Shown piece by piece: positions 47,820 through 57,642 of a DNA stretch of 64,000 nt (within the stretch, counting starts at the first letter, position 1; every line of letters starts with the position of its first letter). Source of the DNA: Candidatus Omnitrophota bacterium. GTDB taxonomy: Bacteria; Omnitrophota; Gorgyraeia; Gygaellales; UBA12090. A program made the position numbers and the translations under genes. The notes below the pieces were generated by a model. That model ran no database searches, was not told where the DNA came from, and was given only the letters and a program-made list of their open reading frames with translations. The stretch spans positions 66,357 through 130,356 of the forward strand of contig JAUSCZ010000029.1 of the NCBI GenBank assembly GCA_030674475.1, given 5' to 3'.

Positions 47820-48257
47820 ATGAAGAAATTATATTACAATTCCAAGAAATGCACTGCCTGCAAAACCTGCGAGATTGTCTGCGCCATAGGCCATTCTCCT
47901 TCTAAGGATTTGTATACCGCCGTCTTAGAAGAGAATGTGGCTCTTCCTTCAGTCAGGGTGTATGTCGGCCAGGAGGAAAATTATCCGATGGCCTGCCGGC
48001 ATTGCCAGGATCATCCTTGTGTTCAGGCCTGTATTGCCGCGGCTTTAAAATACGACCCTCAGGAAGGCCTGCTTTTTGATCAGGAAAAGTGCGTAGGCTG
48101 TTGGATGTGTGTTATGGTCTGCCCTTATGGGGCGGTCCGGCCCGATTTTCGGGATTCCAAGTCGGTCCGATGCGACCTCTGCGTGGATATTAAAGACCCT
48201 CGCTGCGCCAAGAACTGCCCGACTAAGGCAATCCTTTATGTAGAGGAAAAGCGATAA
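47820..48257 (+). CDS. 4Fe-4S ferredoxin-type protein (CooF-like)
   Basis: Multiple CxxCxxCxxxCP motifs. 145 aa. Confidence 0.8.
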   Translation: MKKLYYNSKKCTACKTCEIVCAIGHSPSKDLYTAVLEENVALPSVRVYVGQEENYPMACRHCQDHPCVQACIAAALKYDPQEGLLFDQEKCVGCWMCVMVCPYGAVRPDFRDSKSVRCDLCVDIKDPRCAKNCPTKAILYVEEKR

Positions 48258-48380
48258 ATGTCTAATGACGAAGCCCGAATGGCGAATGAATTTTCAAATG
48301 ACTTAATGCCTAATTAGACATTTTGGTATTAAAGAATTAGACATTCATTCGGGATTCGTCATTAGAAATTCGGCATTAAT
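48258..48380. repeat. MITE-like repeat family A, copy 3
   Basis: atgtctaatgacgaagcccgaatggcgaatgaat ... attcattcgggattcgtcattagaaattcggcattaat, a clear terminal inverted repeat of about 30 bp. Confidence 0.8.
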
Positions 48381-48396
48381 CTCAATAGGTTCGATT

Positions 48397-49653
48397 ATGA
48401 AACGAGTTGTTATTATAGGTAATTCCGCGGCAGGGATATCCTGCGCCGAGGCCTTGCGTAAGAAAGATAAAGAGATCAAGATAACTATCCTTTCCAGGGA
48501 GGATTACACCGGCTATAACCGTTGTCTGATTTCTTATTATCTGGCCGGAGATATTAAAGAAGACAAATTAGTCTATAAACCCAAAAAATTCTACTCCGAA
48601 AATGATATTGAACTGCTTTTAAACCAAAAGGCAGGCAGGATTGACTCTAAAAAAAATCAGGTAGTACTGGAGGATAAGACCAGGATTGATTATGATTATT
48701 TGGTTTTGGCCTGCGGCGCTTCTCCTAAATTACCTGAGATAAAAGGTATCCATAAAAAGGGGGTTTTTGGCTTTCGCACTATTTCTGATGCCAAGGGAAT
48801 GCTGGAACTGCTTCCTATTACCCAGACTGCCTGCGTCTTAGGCGGAGGGCTGATCGGCCTTAAGGCCGCTTACGGCCTGAAAAAAAGAAAAATAGAGGTC
48901 AAGGTAATAGTTAAGTCTTCCCAGATTCTTTCCCAGATTTTGGATAAAGAGTCTGCTGAGATGTGTAAACGGCGTTTGGTGGAAAACGGAATTGAGATAG
49001 TCAGCGGTTCGCAAGCCCAGGAGATTATCGGAGAAGGTGACTGCCGGGCGGTAAAATTAGATTCCGGAAAGGTGATTGCTGCATCCATTGTGGTGGTGGG
49101 AAAAGGGGTCAAGCCGAATATTGAACTGGCAGAAGATTCCGGGATAAAATTCGAAGAAGGGGTCCTGGTGGATGATTATATGCGGACCAATATTCCCAAT
49201 ATTTATGCCGCCGGGGATATTGCCCAGAGTTATGACCCCATATTAGAGAAGACAGCGGTCAATGCCCTTTGGCCGAACGCGATCGAGCAGGGCTTGATTG
49301 TTGCCGCCAGTATTTCCGGCGAGAATAAAAAATACCCGGGTTCGGTGGGGATGAATTCGGTGGAGTTCTTCGGCCTGCCGGTAATCTCTTTTGGGATAAC
49401 CAAAACCCCGGATGGCTTTGAAGAAATAGCGCTTAAGGATATCCGGCAGGATATTTACCGAAAGATTGTCTTAAAAAACAATGTCATCAAGGGAGCGGTA
49501 TTCGTCAAGAAAATAGAGAATATCGGCATACTGCTTAAGCTGGCCAGGCTTAAAGTAGATGTCTCCGGCATCAAAGATAAATTACTGCGCCCGGATTTTA
49601 ATTTCTCCTTTACCAAGGATCTTCAATACGACAAAGAAGAAGTGTATATTTAA
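48397..49653 (+). CDS. FAD-dependent pyridine nucleotide-disulfide oxidoreductase (NADH oxidase / CoA-disulfide reductase family)
   Basis: GNSAAG FAD site, single redox Cys in YNRCLISYYLAG (Cys42-type), second Rossmann fold GGGLIGLKAA, AAGDIA. Confidence 0.8.
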   Translation: MKRVVIIGNSAAGISCAEALRKKDKEIKITILSREDYTGYNRCLISYYLAGDIKEDKLVYKPKKFYSENDIELLLNQKAGRIDSKKNQVVLEDKTRIDYDYLVLACGASPKLPEIKGIHKKGVFGFRTISDAKGMLELLPITQTACVLGGGLIGLKAAYGLKKRKIEVKVIVKSSQILSQILDKESAEMCKRRLVENGIEIVSGSQAQEIIGEGDCRAVKLDSGKVIAASIVVVGKGVKPNIELAEDSGIKFEEGVLVDDYMRTNIPNIYAAGDIAQSYDPILEKTAVNALWPNAIEQGLIVAASISGENKKYPGSVGMNSVEFFGLPVISFGITKTPDGFEEIALKDIRQDIYRKIVLKNNVIKGAVFVKKIENIGILLKLARLKVDVSGIKDKLLRPDFNFSFTKDLQYDKEEVYI

Positions 49654-49755
49654 TAACCAATAACCAAATTGTAAATGAAAAAGGTTAAGGTTAAGGCTGA
49701 GGTCAAGGTGGAGACAAGCTTAATCTAAGCCTTGGCCTTAACCTTTATTTAAACA
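49654..49755. repeat. Hairpin repeat (aaggttaaggttaaggc ... gccttggccttaacctt)
   Basis: Inverted arms read directly. Begins with ataaccaataaccaaat, which is related to family I and family A internal sequence. Confidence 0.5.
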
Positions 49756-49768
49756 GGGGGTTGGTAAA

Positions 49769-51949
49769 ATGTCTAAAATAGTTGCGGCTGCCGCGATAAG
49801 GGGCTCGAGAGTTATTGCCCGGGAGGCTGAGGAATTTCTGAATAAGGCTTTAAAAGAACATGGGCCGGATACTAAGATTGGTTTTCCCGAAACTGCCTTT
49901 TTCCTGCCTATGGCCAATGCCTTATTGGGGGCAGAGGTAAAGACTTTAAAAGAGGCGGTCAATGTTTTTAATTATGCTAAGGGTTTGCTGCCGCTTGAGC
50001 CCCGAGAAAAACTTTGGCTGCCTTATCTGGGGGATGCCCTGGATGCCGGCATCGCCACCCTTCTTTGCGAAGAGATAATCACCGTTTTACGCTATCTTTA
50101 TAAGCAGGAGCCTCAAACCGACTGTAACGGTTTCTTTACCGATACCATCCTGAGATCCCTGGGAATTCAGCTGGTTGACGGAAGAATGCCCGGATTTGCC
50201 GCGATTCTGGGAGCGGCCCCCACCAATGAAATCGCGGTGAGCGTGGTCAGACAGCTTCAGGAAAGAAATATCCTGATTTTCGTGGGAAGCTCATCCGGCG
50301 GCCGTTCTATAATTGATCAGCTTAAGGAATCCGGGGTGGAGATGGGCTGGGATAATTACATCGTTCCTTACGGCCGGGACACTATCAGCGCGATTTATCC
50401 TCTGAATTGGGCCATCCGTTCAGCGATGACCTTTGGCGGCCTTAAGGCCGGACAGGGCAAGAAGTGCCTGCTTTATACCAAAGAGCGGGTTTTTGCCTTT
50501 GGCTTAACCCTGGGTTTGGTGGATGATTTAAAATACGCTACCGGAGCCGGGGCAATTAATATGGGTTTTCCAATTATTGCCGATACTGATATCCCGGAGA
50601 TTAAGCCCTCAGGCATCACCACTTACGAGGCCTTAGTCAAAGAGTTTGACTATAAAAAGATTGTCCCCCGTTGTATTGAGGTTCGGGGAGTCAAAGTTAA
50701 GGTTTCTAAAATTCCCATACCGGTTCTCTATGGCGCGGCCTTTGAGGGAGAAAGAGTAAGGCGGGAACAGCTTTATTGTGAGTTTGGCGGGAAATCTTCC
50801 CATGCCTTTGAACTGATTTTAATGCGAGACGCTTCTGAGATAGAAGACGGTAAGATAGATTTAATCGGCCCGGATGTTGACCAATTGCCGGAAAAAGTAA
50901 AATCCCTTCCTTTGGGGATTTTGATTGAGGTTGCCGGACGCAAACTACAAAAGGATTTTGAGCCGATACTTGAGCGTCAACTGCACCGGTTTTTTAACTA
51001 TTGTATGGGGGTAATGCATATCGGGCAAAGAGATATGAACTGGATTCGTATCAGTAAGGATGCCTTTGCCAAGGGCCTCAGGGTCAAGCATTTAGGCATA
51101 GTTTTACACGCGATGATTCACGAAGAATTCGGAGCGATTGCCGATAAGGTTCAGATAACCCTTTTTACCAAGGAAGAGGATGTGCAGAGAGAGTTAATCA
51201 AGGCCAGACAGGTCTATGCTGAGCGCGATGAGCGTTTAAGCGGAATGACCGATGAAAGCGTGGATACCTTTTATTCCTGCGAGCTTTGCCAGTCTTTTGC
51301 CCCGAATCATATCTGCGTGATTACTCCGGAAAAGGTGGGTTTATGCGGAGCCTATTCCTGGTTAGATACCAAGGCCGCTTATGAGATTGCCCCCAGCGGC
51401 GGCAACAAGCCTATCCCTAAAGGAGAGTGTCTTGATTCGGTAAACGGCGAGTGGGCCTCGGTTAACGCCTATGTGAATCTGCGCTCTAACCGCACCTTGG
51501 AAAGATTCTCAATGTATTCTATGGTCAATAATCCTTCTACTTCCTGCGGATGCTTTGAGTGTATTATGGCGGTTATTCCGGAGGCTAACGGAATAATGGT
51601 GGTGCATCGGGATTTCTCCGGGATGACTCCCTGCGGAATGACCTTTACCACCCTGGCCGGTTCGGTCGGGGGCGGAATACAAACTCCGGGTTTCTTAGGG
51701 GTGGGTAAAATCTATCTTACCAGCAAGAAATTTATCTCAGCCGACGGAGGCTTAAGAAGATTAATCTGGATGCCCAAGGAGCTTAAAGAGCTCTTAGGTG
51801 AGAAGCTGATAAAAAGAGTCCAGGAGATAGGTGAGCCGGACCTGATTGATAAAATTGCCGATGAAACAACCGCCACTACCTCTGAGGAGCTGATGGTATT
51901 TTTAGAGAAGGTTAAGCATCCCGCGTTGACTCTTCCGCCCTTATTTTAG
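49769..51949 (+). CDS. acsB: CO-methylating acetyl-CoA synthase, beta subunit AcsB-type
   Basis: A-cluster Cys-Gly-Cys region (SCGCFECIM) and conserved cysteines (CELCQSFAPNHIC). 726 aa. Confidence 0.9.
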   Translation: MSKIVAAAAIRGSRVIAREAEEFLNKALKEHGPDTKIGFPETAFFLPMANALLGAEVKTLKEAVNVFNYAKGLLPLEPREKLWLPYLGDALDAGIATLLCEEIITVLRYLYKQEPQTDCNGFFTDTILRSLGIQLVDGRMPGFAAILGAAPTNEIAVSVVRQLQERNILIFVGSSSGGRSIIDQLKESGVEMGWDNYIVPYGRDTISAIYPLNWAIRSAMTFGGLKAGQGKKCLLYTKERVFAFGLTLGLVDDLKYATGAGAINMGFPIIADTDIPEIKPSGITTYEALVKEFDYKKIVPRCIEVRGVKVKVSKIPIPVLYGAAFEGERVRREQLYCEFGGKSSHAFELILMRDASEIEDGKIDLIGPDVDQLPEKVKSLPLGILIEVAGRKLQKDFEPILERQLHRFFNYCMGVMHIGQRDMNWIRISKDAFAKGLRVKHLGIVLHAMIHEEFGAIADKVQITLFTKEEDVQRELIKARQVYAERDERLSGMTDESVDTFYSCELCQSFAPNHICVITPEKVGLCGAYSWLDTKAAYEIAPSGGNKPIPKGECLDSVNGEWASVNAYVNLRSNRTLERFSMYSMVNNPSTSCGCFECIMAVIPEANGIMVVHRDFSGMTPCGMTFTTLAGSVGGGIQTPGFLGVGKIYLTSKKFISADGGLRRLIWMPKELKELLGEKLIKRVQEIGEPDLIDKIADETTATTSEELMVFLEKVKHPALTLPPLF

Positions 51950-51969
51950 GCCGCGAAACCGCGAAAATA

Positions 51970-51997
51970 CCCTGCTGCTTACCGGCAGGCAGAGGCA
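51970..51997. repeat. Palindrome family E degenerate copy (cttaccggcaggcagaggcag)
   Basis: Shares the ccggcaggcag core. Confidence 0.4.
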
Positions 51998-52047
51998 GAT
52001 TTTACTTGACAATAATATTTTGTGTATTATGCTATTGGTTATACTAA

Positions 52048-52767
52048 ATGACCCGTCTTGAAAGATATTCTTCCGGTAAGATTCAACTCATAGTAACTCT
52101 TTTATTTTTATTCTTTAGCAGTCCCGCCTTTTGCGCTCATTTACTCAAAGAGGAAGCGGTTGAATTTCATAGACAAGGCCACTCTGCCCAGGAATCCGGC
52201 ATGCTTAATGAAGCCTTGGGGTTTTACCAGAGAGCATCCGCTATAGACCCGGCCTCAGCCCATCTTTATAATGATTTGGGTTCGGTGTATGAGATGCTGG
52301 GAGAGTTTGAAATTGCCTCAGGATGCCTACTGAAAGCCGTGAGTAGTGAGCCCGAAAGTATAGAGGCCTATTCGCGCCTGGCTCTTTTGTCTGAGAAAGA
52401 CGGTAATTTCCCGCGGGCCGCTAAATACTGGCTGAAATTCATAGAGCTGGGCAATAAAAATAATCCGGCGGTTCGGGAGGCAAAAAACCGGGTCTATGAA
52501 ATCGGCAGGGTTATTCCTGAGGTGATGGACAGCTATATCGAACTTGAAGCCTCCAGCCTTAAGAAAGAAATTTCCTCATTTAAGCGCGCGGGGCCAAGTG
52601 ATAAGAAATTACGCCTCCAGAGGCAGCTAAGCAAAGGAAATGCCTTCTATCAGGATAAAGATTATCTCAATGCCTTAAAGATGTATATGGAAGCCAAAGA
52701 GTCGGACCCCCAAGACAATCAAGTAAACAGCCTGCTGGATGCTGCTCTAAGCAAGCTGCTTCTATAA
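52048..52767 (+). CDS. Secreted TPR-repeat protein
   Basis: Signal peptide plus several TPR-like A/L/Y repeats. Confidence 0.7.
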   Translation: MTRLERYSSGKIQLIVTLLFLFFSSPAFCAHLLKEEAVEFHRQGHSAQESGMLNEALGFYQRASAIDPASAHLYNDLGSVYEMLGEFEIASGCLLKAVSSEPESIEAYSRLALLSEKDGNFPRAAKYWLKFIELGNKNNPAVREAKNRVYEIGRVIPEVMDSYIELEASSLKKEISSFKRAGPSDKKLRLQRQLSKGNAFYQDKDYLNALKMYMEAKESDPQDNQVNSLLDAALSKLLL

Positions 52768-52843
52768 ACCAAAATTTCCTCATAAAGTCTCTAATATCTA
52801 ATAAAGATTCGAAAAGCAGGAAAGTTTAGTTTTTCTCTTCTGT

Positions 52844-55426
52844 ATGTCAAATCCCAGGCTATATCTTATTGACGGTTCAGGCCTATGTTACCGGGCTTAT
52901 TATGCCCTTTCGAATTTTGCCACATCCTATGGCCAGCCCACGGGAGCGGTGTTTGGCTTTGTGAATATCTTAAATAAAATTTTAAAAGACGCGCCCGAGT
53001 ATATAGTCTGCTGTTTTGACGTCTCGCGGGAGACCTTCCGCCAGAAAAAATATAAAGAATATAAAATCCAGCGCCCCCCCGCGCCCCAGGGATTATCCGC
53101 CCAGATGGATCTTATCAAAGAAACGGTTTCCGCCTATAATATTACCGTATCGGAATTGGCCGGATATGAGGCGGATGACCTGATTGCCAGTTTCGCGCGA
53201 ATTGCCAAAGAGAATTCCTGGGATACGGTGATTGTGAGTTCCGATAAGGACCTTCTGCAGTTAGTGGATGAACGGGTGAAGGTGTTTGAGCCCAAGAAAG
53301 AGGTGTGGTATGATAATGAGGCGGTTGTCCTTAAATACGGACTGGAGCCTAAAAGGTTAATTGATGCTTTTTCCTTGATGGGCGATACGTCAGATAATAT
53401 CCCGGGGGTTAAAGGTGTGGGGGAAAAGACGGCGACAGCCTTAATCAAAGAATTTGGCAGCGTGGATAGCCTGATTGATAATTTAGCGAAACTAAAATCC
53501 GCTTCTTTAAGGGAGGTCTTGCTTAAGAATATTGAGAATATTCGTTTAAGCTATGAATTGTTCCGGCTGGAGGCGGATATTCCGCTGGATCCCGACCCGG
53601 AAAAACTTAAGCGCGTAGAACCGGATTACGAAAAACTTTTTCTCCTATTTAAAAAGTTAGAATTTAACCGCCTGCTTAAAGCCTTGCCTGTCGCGCCTGA
53701 GAAAGAAATAAATAGCGTGGTGAAGATAATACCCCTGGAAGATAATCTGAGGAAAAAAGAAATCCTGGAACAAGTCCACACCCGCGGCGAATTTATTTTC
53801 TTAATCGCGAAAGTCGAGTCTAAAGTATATTTCGGCGCGAGAGAAGATAATGCGGAGTTTTATTCTTTGGCCATGGATGATGAGGATCTAAGGAGAGTAT
53901 TTTCTGATTCAAAAATCAAAAAGATAAGCCATAACCTAAAAGATGCCGGGATTTTTCTGTCTCAAAATGATATTGAGCTTAACGGATTATATTTTGATAC
54001 CATGCTGGCGGCGTATCTTTTAGAGCCTTCACTCGTCAGCTTTGATTTGGTTGAGCTGGCTTATAAGTATTTAGAGCGCAGGTATCAGTCGGGTCGGATA
54101 AGCCCGGAGCAGGCATTAGATGTTATTATCAGGATCAGCCCTGCCTTAAGAGAAAAAATAGGAGCACATTCTCTGAGTAATCTTCTCTATGAGTTGGAGA
54201 TCCCCCTTATAGCCGTGCTGATGGATATGCAGGCCAGCGGCGTAAAGATAGATGTCCGGGCCTTGGCTATTTTATCCCAGGAGCTCCAGGTGAGGCTCAC
54301 TCGACTGGTCCAAGAAATTTATGCTTTGAATTCAGGGCAGGAGTTTAATATAAATTCGCCCAAGCAGTTAGCCAATGTGCTCTTTGAGAGATTAAAGCTT
54401 CCGGTGGTCAAAAAGACCAAGACTGGGCTTTCCACTGATGAAGAGGTCTTGCGTAAGCTTTCCAAAAAGCACGGCTTACCCCTTCTCCTTTTGGAATACC
54501 GCCAGCTGACCAAGTTAAAAAGCACCTATATAGACAGCCTGCCCTTATTGATTGACCCCAAGACCAAGAGGATACACGCGGTCTTTAACCAGACCGGCAC
54601 AGAAACAGGGCGGCTTTCTTCAAATAATCCTAATCTTCAGAATATCCCGGCCCGGGGTGAAATTGCCCGTAATATCCGTAAGGCCTTTATCGCCGAAGAA
54701 AATAACCTGCTTATCTCGGCGGACTATTCCCAGATTGAGCTGAGGGTCCTGGCGCATTTTTCCGGCGATGAGGCCCTGATTTGTGCCTTTGGCGAGAACC
54801 GGGATATCCACAAATTTACCGCCAGCCTTATATTTGGAGTTGAGGAGAGTTTGGTAACCGATGAGATGCGCGAGACTGCCAAGAGGATAAACTTCGGCAT
54901 TGTCTATGGGATGGGCAGCTTTGGTTTGGCCAAGGACCTGGAGATACCCGTGAACGAGGCGCAAGATTTTATTGATAATTATTTCCTGCGCTACCCTAAG
55001 GTGAATAAATTTATCGAGAGCCAGATAGCCCTGGCTAAAGATACCGGATTTGTCACGACAATTTTAGGCCGCAGAAGGTATCTTCCCGAGATAAACAATA
55101 AAAACAGCTCTCTGCGCGGCTTTGCCGAACGCCAGGCGGTAAATTCGCCTATTCAGGGTTCAGCCGCTGACCTGATAAAATTAGCGATGGTCAATATCCA
55201 TCAGGTTTTATCCGAGATGAAATTAAAGGCCAAGTTGATTATGCAGATTCATGATGAATTGGTTTTTGAGGTTCCGGAGGCGGAATTTGACGCGGTATCC
55301 GGTTTAGTCAGGGACAAAATGGAGAATGTCCATAAATTGGATGTGCCGGTAAAGGTGAATATAAAAAAGGGAAAGAATTGGCAGGAGATGGTAACCGCGG
55401 AAGCGCGGAGTAACTGTGAGAAGTAA
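52844..55426 (+). CDS. polA: DNA polymerase I
   Basis: 5'-3' exonuclease N-terminus, polymerase motifs A (DYSQIELR), B (RRxAKxxNFGxxYG) and C (QIHDELV). Confidence 0.95.
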   Translation: MSNPRLYLIDGSGLCYRAYYALSNFATSYGQPTGAVFGFVNILNKILKDAPEYIVCCFDVSRETFRQKKYKEYKIQRPPAPQGLSAQMDLIKETVSAYNITVSELAGYEADDLIASFARIAKENSWDTVIVSSDKDLLQLVDERVKVFEPKKEVWYDNEAVVLKYGLEPKRLIDAFSLMGDTSDNIPGVKGVGEKTATALIKEFGSVDSLIDNLAKLKSASLREVLLKNIENIRLSYELFRLEADIPLDPDPEKLKRVEPDYEKLFLLFKKLEFNRLLKALPVAPEKEINSVVKIIPLEDNLRKKEILEQVHTRGEFIFLIAKVESKVYFGAREDNAEFYSLAMDDEDLRRVFSDSKIKKISHNLKDAGIFLSQNDIELNGLYFDTMLAAYLLEPSLVSFDLVELAYKYLERRYQSGRISPEQALDVIIRISPALREKIGAHSLSNLLYELEIPLIAVLMDMQASGVKIDVRALAILSQELQVRLTRLVQEIYALNSGQEFNINSPKQLANVLFERLKLPVVKKTKTGLSTDEEVLRKLSKKHGLPLLLLEYRQLTKLKSTYIDSLPLLIDPKTKRIHAVFNQTGTETGRLSSNNPNLQNIPARGEIARNIRKAFIAEENNLLISADYSQIELRVLAHFSGDEALICAFGENRDIHKFTASLIFGVEESLVTDEMRETAKRINFGIVYGMGSFGLAKDLEIPVNEAQDFIDNYFLRYPKVNKFIESQIALAKDTGFVTTILGRRRYLPEINNKNSSLRGFAERQAVNSPIQGSAADLIKLAMVNIHQVLSEMKLKAKLIMQIHDELVFEVPEAEFDAVSGLVRDKMENVHKLDVPVKVNIKKGKNWQEMVTAEARSNCEK

Positions 55427-55510
55427 ATGTTCCGCAGAGGCGCGGAGTAAACGGAAAAATAGATAAAACTCCCTTCATCCCCCTTTGTAAAAGGGGGAAA
55501 CCTGCCTGCC
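55396..55510. repeat. Composite repeat region at the polA 3' end: family G copy (gagaagtaaatgttccgcagagg), G-tract hairpin, and a perfect 20-bp palindrome cctgcctgccggcaggcagg
   Basis: 55396-55440 matches 3577-3623. The polA C-terminus (RSNCEK) and stop codon lie inside the repeat. ccccctttgtaaaaggggg hairpin at 55470-55490. Palindrome at 55491-55510. Confidence 0.6.
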
Positions 55511-55549
55511 GGCAGGCAGGGAGGGGGATTTAAAAAGAGGGATTTTCAA

Positions 55550-56935
55550 GTGAAAGTTTTAATGTGTGCCAGCGAGATGGTGCCTTTTGCCAAGACCGGA
55601 GGGCTGGCTGATGTGGTGGGCGCGCTTCCTCTGGCGCTGGAAGAATTGGGACTGGAGGTAAGGGTAGTTATTCCAAAGTACAAAACAGCTCACCTCTCAC
55701 AACCCGCGGCGCGCGGTATTGGTTCGGATATAGAAGTAACAAAAATCGGGAAGAATGTGCAAGTGTACTTTATAAAAAATGACGCCTATTTTAATCGCGA
55801 GGCACTTTATGGAGATAAAAACGGAGATTACCCGGATAACTTAGAGAGATTTTCTTTTTTTTGCCGCCGGGCTTTAGAAATATTACCTGAGATAAATTTT
55901 AAGCCGGATGTCATCCATTGTCACGATTGGCAGGCCGGGCTCATTCCGGTATATCTAAAGACTGTCTATTCTAAAAATAAATTTTATAAACATATTAAAA
56001 CCGTATTCACTATCCATAACTTAGCGTATCAGGGAGTTTTTAGCAAAGAGAAATACCCCAAATTAGGATTAAACTGGTCTTGGTTTAAAATTGAGGGATT
56101 AGAATTTTATGGTAAGGTTAACCTCTTAAAAGGCGGGATTATCTTCAGCGACAGCTTAAGCACGGTAAGCCTTGCCTATTCAAAAGAAATTCAGACCAGG
56201 GAATTCGGCTGCGGGCTGGAAGGGCTTCTTCACCAAAGAAAAAAAGACCTTTTCGGTATAATCAACGGCCTGGATTATAAGGTCTGGGATCCTGCCAGAG
56301 ATCCCTATATTTATAAGAAATATTCCCCGCTTAATTTAGAGGATAAATACGCCAATAAGAAACTGCTTCAGGAAGAACGCGGTTTATCGGTCAGAGAAGA
56401 TGTGCCTTTATTAGGGATGGTCAGCCGGCTGGTTACGCAGAAAGGCTTAGACTTGGTTACTCAAGGCCTGGAGGAACTGATCGAGCGCTCGCGCGTTCAG
56501 ATGATAGTCTTAGGAGACGGAGACGCCAAGTATCACAATCTTTTAAGAGATATGGTTAAAAAGTATCCGCGTAATCTGAGCCTGTGTTTTGATTTCAACG
56601 ACCCGCTGGCGCATAAGATTTACGCGGCCGCGGATATTTTTCTGATGCCTTCTTATTATGAGCCCTGCGGCTTAGGCCAGATGATCGCCTTAAAATATGG
56701 AACGATTCCCCTGGTTTTTAAAACCGGCGGGCTTAGTGATACGATTTCCGAAGATAATGGTTTTGTCTTTAAGGATTATAGCTTGAGGTCATTCACCTAC
56801 GCGGTCAAGAGGTCGGTCTTCGCGTATGAAGATAAAAAAAGATGGCTCAAATTAGTCAAGAGGGCGTTTACTTATAATTTTTCCTGGGAGTGCTCGGCCA
56901 GGGAATATGTTAAGCTGTATCAAAAAGTAAGTTAA
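55550..56935 (+). CDS. glgA: Glycogen synthase
   Basis: KTGGLADV N-terminal motif, GT5 family. 461 aa. Confidence 0.9.
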   Translation: MKVLMCASEMVPFAKTGGLADVVGALPLALEELGLEVRVVIPKYKTAHLSQPAARGIGSDIEVTKIGKNVQVYFIKNDAYFNREALYGDKNGDYPDNLERFSFFCRRALEILPEINFKPDVIHCHDWQAGLIPVYLKTVYSKNKFYKHIKTVFTIHNLAYQGVFSKEKYPKLGLNWSWFKIEGLEFYGKVNLLKGGIIFSDSLSTVSLAYSKEIQTREFGCGLEGLLHQRKKDLFGIINGLDYKVWDPARDPYIYKKYSPLNLEDKYANKKLLQEERGLSVREDVPLLGMVSRLVTQKGLDLVTQGLEELIERSRVQMIVLGDGDAKYHNLLRDMVKKYPRNLSLCFDFNDPLAHKIYAAADIFLMPSYYEPCGLGQMIALKYGTIPLVFKTGGLSDTISEDNGFVFKDYSLRSFTYAVKRSVFAYEDKKRWLKLVKRAFTYNFSWECSAREYVKLYQKVS

Positions 56936-56942
56936 AGATATA

Positions 56943-57036
56943 TAACCAGTAACCAGTAACCAGTCCCGATTAACTATCGGGATCTCGATTCTGTCGGGAA
57001 AAAAATCTGGCCTCTGGTAACTGGACTCTGGTTACT
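56943..57036. repeat. Repeat family B copy 3 (aaccagtaaccagtaaccag ... ctggcctctggtaactggactctggttac)
   Basis: Includes the internal hairpin cccgattaactatcggg. Ends in ctcccgagcaaagcgagggtaaATG at the coaE start. Confidence 0.7.
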
Positions 57037-57056
57037 CCCGAGCAAAGCGAGGGTAA

Positions 57057-57605
57057 ATGATTATCGGCGTAACCGGAAGCTTGGCCACGGGTAAGACTAC
57101 CGTCAGCCGGATGTTAAAAGAGCTGGGGGCCTATGTTATTGATGCCGATAAAATAGTCCATGGCCTGATTGATCCGGCCGCCAGAATTAAACTCCGCGGT
57201 GTTGTCTTTGACGATAAAGAATCTTTGGATAAACTCTGCGAGGTGATCCACCCTATAGTAAAGAAAGAAATTCTGCGAAAGATAAGAGAAAATAAATCCA
57301 GGAAAATGATTGTGATTGACGCTCCGCTTTTGATTGAAAGCGGATTTCACAAAAAATGCGATTACCTGATAGTGGTAAAATCCAGCCTCAGTAAACAGTT
57401 AGAACGCTCAAAGCGTGGGCTGGGCTTATCTAGAGCTGAGTCTTTAAAAAGAATAAAACTGCAGATGCCTTTAAAGGAAAAGACTCGCCTGGCGGATTTT
57501 ATAATAGATAATAACGGTTCGTTAACACAGACAAGAAAGCAGGTAGAGGAAGTTTTTAAAGACATCGCGGGACGCGGTAAAGGCATTTTGCCTCGCCCCG
57601 CCTGA
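57057..57605 (+). CDS. coaE: Dephospho-CoA kinase
   Basis: P-loop GVTGSLATGKTT. 182 aa. Confidence 0.85.
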   Translation: MIIGVTGSLATGKTTVSRMLKELGAYVIDADKIVHGLIDPAARIKLRGVVFDDKESLDKLCEVIHPIVKKEILRKIRENKSRKMIVIDAPLLIESGFHKKCDYLIVVKSSLSKQLERSKRGLGLSRAESLKRIKLQMPLKEKTRLADFIIDNNGSLTQTRKQVEEVFKDIAGRGKGILPRPA

Positions 57606-57642
57606 CGAGAGGGATAAGTAAGCTTCTAAGGAGAATAAGTAT

